Source: Candidatus Caldarchaeum sp.
GTDB lineage: Archaea; Thermoproteota; Nitrososphaeria_A; Caldarchaeales; Caldarchaeaceae
NCBI GenBank assembly: GCA_033580815.1
Contig: JAVQUC010000010.1
Span: 1-24,000, forward strand
Direction: 5' to 3'
DNA: 24,000 nt
Shown: positions 1 to 7,569 of the stretch, piece after piece
How the letters are laid out: every line of letters begins with the position of its first letter
Position numbering within the stretch: position 1 is the first letter of the stretch
Notes under the pieces: generated by a model
The model's input: only the letters and a program-made list of their open reading frames with translations
The model's database searches: none
Told to the model about the DNA's origin: nothing
Program-made: the position numbers and the translations under genes

Positions 1-289
1 TGACCAGCTTCATCCGAGGAGGAATGAGGAATTTTTTCCACGAATGCGGGCCGACAACGAAACCAAAGAATGCATCATCCTCTCGCCTCTCTACCCTGTA
101 AATTCCCGGTCCCTGTCTGTCTTTCAGCCCCCTAGGAAGCTGAGATGACGAACTGATTTCATCATAGATAATTGCGCCATCCCGAAAAACAGGGCCGTAA
201 ACCACGTAACCATCCTGACGGAGGATTTTTAACATCGAATCTATGCATTCTGGTCCCAAATAGAAGGTCGTATATTGAGAGGTGCCCAT
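1..289 (-). CDS. N-terminal fragment (96 codons, runs off the window) of an AsrA/HydB-like iron-sulfur subunit (sulfhydrogenase beta / anaerobic sulfite reductase A family)
   Basis: My own minus-strand translation from the ATG at 289-287 gives MGTSQYTTFYLGPECIDSMLKILRQDGYVVYGPVFRDGAIIYDEISS...FGFVVGPHSWKKFLIPPRMKLV and stays open to position 1. It is missing from the ORF track because there is no stop in the window. The GP.SWKKFL.PP motif and N-terminal layout recall HydB/AsrA-type subunits. It lies co-directionally downstream of hypA and the hypB-like gene. Confidence 0.45.
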   Translation of the reverse strand, partial: MGTSQYTTFYLGPECIDSMLKILRQDGYVVYGPVFRDGAIIYDEISSSSQLPRGLKDRQGPGIYRVERREDDAFFGFVVGPHSWKKFLIPPRMKLV

Positions 290-314
290 GTGTCTCCACA
301 ATCATGCAGCGTCT

Positions 315-330
315 AATGTTTATAAACATT
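315..330. promoter_or_regulatory. Perfect 16-nt palindrome AATGTTTATAAACATT containing a TATA-like core, upstream of the minus-strand gene starting at 289
   Basis: The sequence reads identically on both strands. Its centre is about 33 nt upstream of the ATG at 289. A second TATAAACA copy lies at 343-350, in the 65-nt spacer between the hypB-like stop (355) and that ATG. Confidence 0.35.
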
Positions 331-354
331 CAAATTTGCTATTATAAACAATAT

Positions 355-1110
355 TTAGCTAAGTAAACCGAGATTATGCAGAATAGATTCTATAGACTTG
401 GCAAACCCTGTAGCCATGAGTTTATCACGTTCGCCGTTTCCGGCGCTTATAACCTCATGATCGTAGGGCACTCGACCCAGTAGTCTCACACCTGTTTCGC
501 TGCAAAGTTTGGCGGTCGCAGGCTCTGCATTATCAGTTGAAAGGTTTTCGACGACGCCGAGTATTGGGAACGAGGTTGATTGCAGGAGCTTGATCATTCG
601 GTAAGCGTATCGAACCGCGAGAGGCGACGGAGTGGTCACAACGACCGCGTAACCCTTCTCTCTAAAGTAACGAATGACGGTCAGGAGCTCGTCGCCGGAA
701 CCTGGTGGAGAGTCGACCACAAGATATTCTAAGGGCCCGAAATCCGTCAATGCAAGAATTTCCTTTATTGCTTCCTCTTTGGCGGAGCCGGCTAAAGGAA
801 CCGGCCTGTTTTTCACCAGAAGGTCGAGGCCCATCACCTTCAACCCTTCCACGACCGGAGGAACCAACCCGTCATCGCCTTCCACAGGAGGTTCATAAAC
901 CCCAAGTATCATGCTACAGGATGGCCCATGCAGGTCCAAGTCCAACAACCCAGTAGCATTGGCCTTTGAAAGAATGAGGGCGGTCACAGAGGCTATCAAA
1001 CTCTTTCCAACACCCCCCTTCCCACCCGTGATGAGCAAAGCTCTCCCAACACTTCTCAACCGCCGGCTGATCAACTCCTCCCGGTAATCAATCGAATCAC
1101 GAAATGACAT
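355..1110 (-). CDS. Mrp/MinD-family P-loop ATPase, probably the ATPase-type HypB used for [NiFe]-hydrogenase nickel insertion
   Basis: 251 aa. It has the deviant Walker A ITGGKGGVGKS and the Mrp/NBP35-type VVDSPPGSGDE motif, but no CxxC Fe-S carrier motif. It overlaps the hypA 3' end by 14 nt, which suggests an operon. Confidence 0.7.
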   Translation of the reverse strand: MSFRDSIDYREELISRRLRSVGRALLITGGKGGVGKSLIASVTALILSKANATGLLDLDLHGPSCSMILGVYEPPVEGDDGLVPPVVEGLKVMGLDLLVKNRPVPLAGSAKEEAIKEILALTDFGPLEYLVVDSPPGSGDELLTVIRYFREKGYAVVVTTPSPLAVRYAYRMIKLLQSTSFPILGVVENLSTDNAEPATAKLCSETGVRLLGRVPYDHEVISAGNGERDKLMATGFAKSIESILHNLGLLS

Positions 1111-1495
1111 CTTTCACTTCAACCCATCTACCAGCTACGACCCTCAAATCCATGCTACCGCATTTACTGCACGACGAATAGGAGCCGATCAAATCTGGTA
1201 TGAAATGGATTACTTCCTTCTCCTCATCGTCGAGTTTAGAAGTGGCCTCATTAAGCGACATCAGTTTTCCGCAGAGTCCGCAGACTATTTGCGCTCTTTC
1301 AACCTCAACGGTAAAGTCAGCTCCCTTTAAGGGGCCTTCTTCGAGAATGTCTTTCATGGCCTTCGTCAAAATATCGACGTCGAGCATGCTCAGCTCGCCC
1401 ACAACGACCCTAAAGCTCTTGACAACCCTCCCCGATTCCGAGAGATACCGCAGAAGAGATTCGACAACGCCGCGGGCGACCATGTATTCATGCAT
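1097..1495 (-). CDS. hypA: Hydrogenase nickel incorporation protein HypA
   Basis: It carries the N-terminal MHE nickel-binding motif (MHEYMVARGVVESLL) and two zinc CxxC pairs (CGLCGK ... CSKCGS). I place the start at the internal ATG (1495) so the protein begins MHE. The track ORF extends to ATG 1522. Confidence 0.85.
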   Translation of the reverse strand: MHEYMVARGVVESLLRYLSESGRVVKSFRVVVGELSMLDVDILTKAMKDILEEGPLKGADFTVEVERAQIVCGLCGKLMSLNEATSKLDDEEKEVIHFIPDLIGSYSSCSKCGSMDLRVVAGRWVEVKDVIS

Positions 1496-1537
1496 CGAGA
1501 CATAACAGAATGACCGAAACATAAATCCTTGGCAAAA

Positions 1538-1612
1538 CGGGCCCGGTGGGACTTGAACCCACGACCTCCGGCTCCGCAGGCCGACGCCCTATCCATTCTA
1601 GGCCACGGGCCC
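1538..1612 (-). tRNA. tRNA-Arg (anticodon GCG)
   Basis: A cloverleaf folds by hand. The acceptor is GGGCCCG/CGGGCCC, the D stem GCCT/GGGC and the anticodon stem TCGGC/GCCGG. The anticodon loop is CTGCGGA and the T arm is GTGGG-TTCAAGT-CCCAC. It is 75 nt including the discriminator, and no CCA is encoded. Confidence 0.9.
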
Positions 1613-1635
1613 ATGGTTTTATCAAGGGTGGCTAC

Positions 1636-1645
1636 TTTTTAAAAC
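1636..1645 (-). promoter_or_regulatory. TATA-like box (minus-strand GGTTTTAAAAAG) about 29 nt upstream of the tRNA-Arg(GCG) 5' end
   Basis: AT-rich box at archaeal promoter spacing from position 1612. Confidence 0.3.
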
Positions 1646-1661
1646 CTTTCTAAACGAATGC

Positions 1662-1668
1662 TTAATAT
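1662..1668 (+). promoter_or_regulatory. TATA-like box TTAATAT about 24 nt upstream of the ATG at 1689 (leaderless-type spacing)
   Basis: Based on sequence and spacing only. Confidence 0.3.
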
Positions 1669-1688
1669 GACCGACGTATTCATACGGT

Positions 1689-2240
1689 ATGTCGAATTTG
1701 GTTGTTAAAGGTAAATGGGCTTCGAGGTTTATCGTTGCAGCTATCGTGCAAGGGGCTTTGGCAACGGGTTTGACCCTATTCTGGGTCGTAAGTCAGTTTG
1801 GGCTTTTGAGGCCTGAATTCAGCAGGGTCATCGCTTTTGGGAGTGCTGGAAACTGGTTTACGGTGGGTTACACCACTTACATGACTGTCGGAGTTGTCGG
1901 GATGGCTGTTACAGCACTGTTTTACTACTTCATCGAAAACGTTCTTAACAAGCCCTACACAGGCATGGTCGACAAGCTAGCATGGGTTCACCTAGTCTGC
2001 ATGAACGTAGGTGTCGTGGGGGCGACATGGTTAATGATGGTGGTCGGCTATCTGGGAGGAGCGGCCCTGCTTCCCCCGCAAGTAGGTGGGCTTGGCTGGA
2101 CTCCGGCAGAGGTCCATGAAAAAATTTTCTACGGCATTCCGCTGGGATATCCTACATGGATAGTTGGTTTCATCTTCTTGCTTGCGGTCGGCGTGGTCGC
2201 GGGAGGGCTGGGATACATCATTAGCTGGAGAAAAAGCTAG
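1689..2240 (+). CDS. Hypothetical integral membrane protein (about 4 TM helices)
   Basis: 183 aa with four long hydrophobic segments: FIVAAIVQGALATGLTLFWVV, YMTVGVVGMAVTALFYYFI, VHLVCMNVGVVGATWLMMVVGYL and WIVGFIFLLAVGVVAGGLGYII. I recognise no family. Confidence 0.65.
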   Translation: MSNLVVKGKWASRFIVAAIVQGALATGLTLFWVVSQFGLLRPEFSRVIAFGSAGNWFTVGYTTYMTVGVVGMAVTALFYYFIENVLNKPYTGMVDKLAWVHLVCMNVGVVGATWLMMVVGYLGGAALLPPQVGGLGWTPAEVHEKIFYGIPLGYPTWIVGFIFLLAVGVVAGGLGYIISWRKS

Positions 2241-2327
2241 GAATATCAGGTGAATACCTCGGGAACACCTCGATGGATAGTGAGCAGATGGCTTTTTAGC
2301 CAAGCGTCAAACGTCAACCAGAGAAAG

Positions 2328-2906
2328 ATGTTCAACCTTTTCCGCAAGAAGGAACCACCCAAACCACCCTTTGACCAGAGAATAACAGAGATCGTGTCCC
2401 GTTTGATGACTATTCAGAATCGGATGGATTCAAAGGCCCGCGCAATGCAGATGAGGGGTAGGGAGCTTTTCAACCAAGTCGTCCGCGCAAAGATGGAGAA
2501 AGATGAACAGAGGGCTGCGGTTTACGCCAACGAGCTTTCTCAGCTGCGTAAAATGATGCATGCAACTGTTAGAAGTCAAGCATCGCTGGAGGGAGTGGTT
2601 TTGAGGCTGGAGGCTGTCAAGGACTACAACGAGGTTCGGAAGGTAATAGGACCCGTCGCCGCAGTAGTCATGGCTGTACAGAAAGACGTCGGCGGAGTCA
2701 TGCCTGAAATTTCGCATGGGCTCCGCGGGGTGCAGGACCTTCTCGAAGACCTTTCAGTAAGCGTCGGCACTGTGTCCGATACCGTAACCGGTTACAGCAC
2801 ATCCGACCCGGAGGCTGAGGCCATTCTACGCGAGGCTTCGGAAGTGGCTGCACAGCGGCTCAAGAAAGAAATGCCCGACATTGAAGGAGGCCATTTCATA
2901 ACCTAA
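2328..2906 (+). CDS. cdvB: ESCRT-III / Snf7-family (CdvB-like) protein
   Basis: The helical-hairpin pattern is typical of archaeal CdvB: ...GRELFNQVVRAKMEKDEQRAAVYANELSQLRKMMHATVRSQASLEGVVLRLEAVKDYNEV...PVAAVVMAVQKDVGGVMPEISHGL.... The C-terminal part is acidic (SDPEAEAILREASEVAA). I prefer the ATG at 2328 (MFNLFRKK). The track ORF starts at GTG 2250. Confidence 0.6.
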   Translation: MFNLFRKKEPPKPPFDQRITEIVSRLMTIQNRMDSKARAMQMRGRELFNQVVRAKMEKDEQRAAVYANELSQLRKMMHATVRSQASLEGVVLRLEAVKDYNEVRKVIGPVAAVVMAVQKDVGGVMPEISHGLRGVQDLLEDLSVSVGTVSDTVTGYSTSDPEAEAILREASEVAAQRLKKEMPDIEGGHFIT

Positions 2907-2938
2907 ATTAACCAGCTCATAGCCTGACAACTAGGTTG

Positions 2939-5884
2939 ATGCATCAAGAGAGGCAACTACTCGAGCTCGGGTTTAAGTTAGGAGCCTCGAACATTGTTTC
3001 GTCCCCGAAGCCCTACGAAAGAAAGTGGGTTGAAAGATGGAGGAAGGACAGGGTTTTCGAAGCCAAGCCTGACGAGTCAAGGCAAAAATTTTTCATCTGC
3101 GTTCCATACTCATACCAGAACGGGCCTCTCCATCTGGGGCATGGTTTTACTTTCACAAGAGGAGACGTAATCGCCCGTTACAAAAGGATGGCGGGCTACA
3201 ACGTGTTGTTTCCGTGGGCTTGGCATTGGACGGGCGAAGCAGTGGCAGGGACGAGCGAAAGACTTCTGAGAGGTGACGAAGCCGTCAAAAGAATGCTTAC
3301 ACAAATTGACGGAGTTCCAGAAAATCTTCTCCAGTACTTCACTCACCCCGAGTTTGTCTGCGCCTACTACACGGCGGAGAACAGACACGTCGTAGACGCG
3401 ATGGGCTGGTCCGCTGACTGGAGCAGAGAATTCTACACAACCAGCCTCCACCCCTACTACAGCAATTTCATCGTTTGGCAATACACGGCACTCCGTCGCA
3501 AAGGTTTGCTCGTCCAAGGACGTCATCCAGTGGTGTGGTGTCCCAAATGCCAGAGCGCTACAGGAGACCACGACAGACTTCGAGGAGAAGGGATATACCC
3601 CGAAGAATACACGATGGTGTTTTTTGAATTAGGCGACATGAAGCTCGCAGCCGCAACCCTGAGGCCCGAGACAATCTACGGGACGACAAATGTCTGGATA
3701 AACCCCGAAGGCGTCTACGTTGTTGTGGAAAAAAACGGTACAAAACTAGTGATAAGCCGTGAGGCGCTTCAGAAGCTTTCAGAGCAGCTTCCGGGTCTCC
3801 GCCAGGTCGGGATTGTCATGGCCAAAGAGATTTTGGGGAAATTTGTCAAAACCCCTTTGACGAATGACTCGGTCCCTGTTCTTCCAGCAGATTTCGTAGA
3901 CGTCTCACTGGGCACCGGCGTGGTTTACAGCGTTCCAGCACACGCCCCCTTCGACTACGTCGCCCTCAAAGACCTCCAGAAAAACCCATCTAAACTAACT
4001 GAAGAAGGCCTGGACCCAGAGATAGTGAAGAATATCAAGCCGAAGAAGGTCATCGAAACGCAGGGTTTGACAGAGTTCCCCGCAGTCGACGCTGTCGAGA
4101 AACTCGGGATAACAAGCCAGCTGGACGAAAGGCTTGAGGATTTGACTCGCGACATTTACTCGAAAGAGTTCTACTCAGGCATCATGGCCGTTGGCGAATT
4201 TAAGGGACGACCAGTTTCAGAAGCGAGGCAGCTGATCATCGAGAAGCTGAAGGAGACGAGTAACGGCGACGTATTTTACGACCTCGCGGAAAAAGTGGTC
4301 TGCAGGTCCGGCGACGAATGCGTCGTAAAAATCGTCGAAGACCAGTGGTTCCTCAACTTCTCAAACCCAGACTGGAAAACGAAAGTCAAACAACACATCT
4401 CTCAGATGAACATCTATCCAGAAGCAGCGCGAACATGGTTTTTGAACGTAGTTGACTGGCTCCGAGACTGGGCCTGCACGAGGAAGACAGGCCTCGGCAC
4501 ACCACTACCATGGGATGCATCTTGGAAAATCGAAACCCTCAGCGACTCCACAGTCTACCCGGCCCTGTACACGATCAGCAGAATGCTCAACCAAAACATC
4601 GAAACCGCAAGCCGACTCAACACCGAAGCATTCGACTACGTTTTCCTGGGAATAGGTGACAAAAATGAAGTAGCTGCTAAAAATGGTGTCGACTCCAGCT
4701 TCCTCGAATCGATGAGAAGAGAATTTCTTTACTGGTACGGCGTTGATCTGCGTGTATCGGCCAAAGACTTGGTCCCGAACCATCTAACATTCTACCTGTT
4801 TCATCATACCGGTATCTTCGATGAAAGAGTCTGGCCCAGAGGCATAAGCGTCAACGGAATGATAACCATCGAGGGCGAGAAAATGTCAAAAAGCCGAGGC
4901 AACTTCATCACCCTCAAGCAGGCTGTTTCGAAACATGGAAGCGACGCCACAAGACTCGCTCTGTTGCTTAGCGCGGAAGACCTCGACGACCCTGATTGGA
5001 GGGAAAAAACCGCAACCGAGGCGGAGCAGTTCGTCCAAAACTTTCTGGGCATCGTTGAAAAAGTTGTGAACGAAGCCAGCGAAACCGAAGGCCCCGCGGA
5101 TGAATGGCTTTCCGCCGCCGCAGACAATAGCATCGAAACCATTTCTCAGATGCTCGATAGGCTGAAAACCCGTTCGGCATGCAACGAAGCTGTGTACGGA
5201 ATGTTGAATAACTGGCGCTGGTATCTCAGGCGGAACGGCGGAAAAATCACGAAGGCGGCCAAAGTCTTCATCGAAAGATGGGCTTTGGTTCTTTCACCGT
5301 TTGCACCATTCGCCGCAGAAGAGGCGTGGGAAAGGATGGGCAAACAAGGATACGCATGCCTTCAGAGATGGCCTCGCAGGACGGCTGAGCCGTTGAATCT
5401 GGGAGCTTTGCTCTATGAAGAAATTCTGAAAGGCTTGGTCTCCGACGTCCGCGAAGTCCTCAAGGTCGTGAAAGGGAAGCCGGTTGAGTTGAGGATGTTT
5501 GCAGCATCCAAATGGAAGAGAGACGCGGCTATTTACCTAACGGAGATTAAACCACCATACGATTTGAAGGCGTTGAAGAAAGCAAGGCCCGAACTTTTCA
5601 GCAAAGACCCAGCCGTGCTGCAAAAAATTGCCGAAAAACTACGGGAAACAGAACAAAAGGCACGAGGGCTGACGACCCAGGACGCAGACACAATCAACGT
5701 CTTGAAAAATTTGTTGGACAGAGAAAACACCCTACTACAGGATTGTCTTTCCTTGGTTGAACAGGAGCTTAAAATCTCGGCAAGGCTTTTGAAAGAAGAT
5801 GAAGCATCAGAAGCAAGGGAGGTTTCGAAGGCAAGACAATCCATTCCCCTGAAACCGGCGATATACTTCGTGACAGAACAATGA
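2939..5884 (+). CDS. leuS: Leucyl-tRNA synthetase, archaeal type
   Basis: About 981 aa, with the class I HIGH-type motif (PLHLGHGFTF) and the KMSKS motif (GEKMSKSRGNF). An editing-domain-sized insertion and a long C-terminal domain are present. The ATG at 2939 immediately follows the TTG at 2936. Confidence 0.95.
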   Translation: MHQERQLLELGFKLGASNIVSSPKPYERKWVERWRKDRVFEAKPDESRQKFFICVPYSYQNGPLHLGHGFTFTRGDVIARYKRMAGYNVLFPWAWHWTGEAVAGTSERLLRGDEAVKRMLTQIDGVPENLLQYFTHPEFVCAYYTAENRHVVDAMGWSADWSREFYTTSLHPYYSNFIVWQYTALRRKGLLVQGRHPVVWCPKCQSATGDHDRLRGEGIYPEEYTMVFFELGDMKLAAATLRPETIYGTTNVWINPEGVYVVVEKNGTKLVISREALQKLSEQLPGLRQVGIVMAKEILGKFVKTPLTNDSVPVLPADFVDVSLGTGVVYSVPAHAPFDYVALKDLQKNPSKLTEEGLDPEIVKNIKPKKVIETQGLTEFPAVDAVEKLGITSQLDERLEDLTRDIYSKEFYSGIMAVGEFKGRPVSEARQLIIEKLKETSNGDVFYDLAEKVVCRSGDECVVKIVEDQWFLNFSNPDWKTKVKQHISQMNIYPEAARTWFLNVVDWLRDWACTRKTGLGTPLPWDASWKIETLSDSTVYPALYTISRMLNQNIETASRLNTEAFDYVFLGIGDKNEVAAKNGVDSSFLESMRREFLYWYGVDLRVSAKDLVPNHLTFYLFHHTGIFDERVWPRGISVNGMITIEGEKMSKSRGNFITLKQAVSKHGSDATRLALLLSAEDLDDPDWREKTATEAEQFVQNFLGIVEKVVNEASETEGPADEWLSAAADNSIETISQMLDRLKTRSACNEAVYGMLNNWRWYLRRNGGKITKAAKVFIERWALVLSPFAPFAAEEAWERMGKQGYACLQRWPRRTAEPLNLGALLYEEILKGLVSDVREVLKVVKGKPVELRMFAASKWKRDAAIYLTEIKPPYDLKALKKARPELFSKDPAVLQKIAEKLRETEQKARGLTTQDADTINVLKNLLDRENTLLQDCLSLVEQELKISARLLKEDEASEAREVSKARQSIPLKPAIYFVTEQ

Positions 5885-6237
5885 ACGATTCACGCCTTCT
5901 TTTCGTAATAATCTCCGGCCCTGACCAATTTGAAAAAGCTAGGCAGGCACTACGGATCGCAAGGAACACAGCGAAGGAGAGACATGCAAAGGAGGTAAGG
6001 ATTCTTTTTCTCGGCCCCGGTGCGAAACTACTAGACCCAGACAACCCGCATTACGACCTGGTTAGGAAATATGCGTCGGAGATGAAAGAGGCGGGAGTCT
6101 ACATGGCCGTATGTGCCGGGAACCTAAGAGCTTACGGCCTCTATGAAAAGTTCGATAAAACACTCTTCATCGCTGACGATTCGACGGCCGTGGTAGCGGA
6201 GGCCGCCTCGAACAAATTCATCATAATGACTTTCTAA
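5881..6237 (+). CDS. DsrE/DsrF-like sulfur-relay family protein
   Basis: 118 aa. The fold signature is LLFVIISGPD...ALRIA...EVRILFLGPG... and a conserved Cys context is present (VYMAVCAGNLRAYGL). The start ATG overlaps the leuS stop (ATGA). Confidence 0.6.
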   Translation: MNDSRLLFVIISGPDQFEKARQALRIARNTAKERHAKEVRILFLGPGAKLLDPDNPHYDLVRKYASEMKEAGVYMAVCAGNLRAYGLYEKFDKTLFIADDSTAVVAEAASNKFIIMTF

Positions 6238-6393
6238 AAGATTAGGCAATTTAGAGCATTCCGCACCATCCTACTCGTTAAATTAAATTACAGCCTCAAA
6301 TGCCGCACGCCGACTACCGGCTTCCACACCTTTTATGGATTCGAAAATAGATAAACTCATCTATTCCCCTCTAGTCATTTATTTTGGGACCGA

Positions 6394-7506
6394 ATGATTT
6401 CGAGCTGCTCTATCTGCCGAAAAACTACTGTTGTAGCGTCGGTTCTCAAGGTGTGTGTGGAATGTTTGAGGGAAAGGCCCGATGAAGCCATTACGGTCGC
6501 TATGCGGGGACATGAGACGTCGCGTAAAATCTTTGGGCTGCCGCCAACACCTCCGAAGACATCGGGAGGGCTGCCCTGTAAAATCTGCGCCGCGAACTGT
6601 ATCATCGGTGACGGGGAGAAAGGCTACTGCGGAATAAGGATGAACATCGGAGGCCGACTCGTCTCAAAATCAACAACCCGCGCAGCTCTTCTCCACTACT
6701 ACCTCGACCCGCACGTCACCAACTGCTGCAACGCCTACTTCTGCCCAGCCGGAACGGGCGAAGGATACCCAAAATACGCCTGCAAACCCGGCCCCGAAAT
6801 CGGGTACTATAATCTTGCTCTGTTCTTCTACGGATGTAGCTTAAACTGTCTGTTCTGCCAAAACTGGAGCCACAAAAGAATTTCAGAGTCGACGACGGTA
6901 ACTGTCGACGAGCTCGTAAAGGTGACTTTGGCAAATCCGACTGTTAGCTGTTGGTGCTGGTTCGGCGGTTCCGCCGAGCCACAACTTCCTTTCGCGGTCA
7001 ACGCTTCCAAGGTCGTTCAGGAGTCGAAACCGTCCAACAGAGTCTTGAGAATATGCTACGAATGGAACGGCGACGGAAACCCAGCCCTGGTCAAGAAAGC
7101 CCTCGAAACAGTCGTCGATAGCGGTGGCAACGTAAAATTCGACCTGAAGGCCTTTGACCCCAATGTTCATAAAGCGCTGACGGGACTTGACAACACGCAA
7201 ATCCTGAAAAACTTTGAAATGGTTTACCATGAATTCTACGGCAAGAGAGCAGGGCTACCCGTTCTCGCCGCCACAACACTTCTTGTGCCCGGATATGTAG
7301 ACCATTTGGAGGTGGAGAAAATTGCGGAATTCATATCGTCGTTGAGCCCTGACATACCCTACAGCCTTCTCGTATTTCATCCCGATTTCATGATGAAGGA
7401 CCTACCAGTAACACCGCGCAGACAAGTTGCCGAATGCTACAGAGCGGCCAAAAAACACCTAAACAAAGTTCATGTCGGAAACATTCATCTGCTCGTTTTT
7501 GGATGA
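6394..7506 (+). CDS. Radical SAM enzyme, PflA/AmmeMemoRadiSam-like (COG1180-type), with an N-terminal Cys4 zinc-ribbon-like segment
   Basis: 370 aa with the CxxxCxxC cluster motif in YGCSLNCLFCQNWSH. An upstream Cys-rich segment PCKICAANCIIGDGEKGYCGIR is typical of this subfamily. The extra N-terminal CSIC...CVEC is also present. Confidence 0.8.
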   Translation: MISSCSICRKTTVVASVLKVCVECLRERPDEAITVAMRGHETSRKIFGLPPTPPKTSGGLPCKICAANCIIGDGEKGYCGIRMNIGGRLVSKSTTRAALLHYYLDPHVTNCCNAYFCPAGTGEGYPKYACKPGPEIGYYNLALFFYGCSLNCLFCQNWSHKRISESTTVTVDELVKVTLANPTVSCWCWFGGSAEPQLPFAVNASKVVQESKPSNRVLRICYEWNGDGNPALVKKALETVVDSGGNVKFDLKAFDPNVHKALTGLDNTQILKNFEMVYHEFYGKRAGLPVLAATTLLVPGYVDHLEVEKIAEFISSLSPDIPYSLLVFHPDFMMKDLPVTPRRQVAECYRAAKKHLNKVHVGNIHLLVFG

Positions 7507-7569
7507 ACGGTGACAAACCTCAAATACAGCAGCAGCCACTGATGACTATAAAGTGCCTCACGTCTGGAT

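Noticed and set aside
172-366. 64-aa + strand ORF across the 290-354 spacer
   Set aside because: It overlaps the 5' end of the minus-strand AsrA/HydB-like gene and the AT-rich promoter spacer. Its composition and context argue against coding.
1496-1522. Nine-codon N-terminal extension of HypA (MFRSFCYVS-MHE...)
   Set aside because: HypA function requires the N-terminal Met-His-Glu nickel site, so the internal ATG at 1495 is the plausible start. The extension would also approach the tRNA gene.
1390-1614. 74-aa minus-strand ORF (MGPWPRMDRASACGAGGRGFKSHRARF...)
   Set aside because: It is the translation of the tRNA-Arg(GCG) gene running into the hypA 5' end, and its Gly/Arg/Ala-rich composition is typical of translated tRNA. 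The tRNA fold explains the sequence.
3110-5844. Multiple antisense or off-frame ORFs inside leuS (for example 3110..3571, 4804..5142, 5533..5844)
   Set aside because: leuS is supported end to end by class I synthetase motifs. The internal ORFs have Ser/Arg/Cys-rich composition and no motifs.
7540-7545. C-box-like TGATGA just upstream of tRNA-Arg(TCT), a possible C/D box sRNA
   Set aside because: There is no CTGA D box at a suitable distance before the tRNA begins, and no terminal stem. The adjacent CTATAAAG is better explained as the tRNA promoter.
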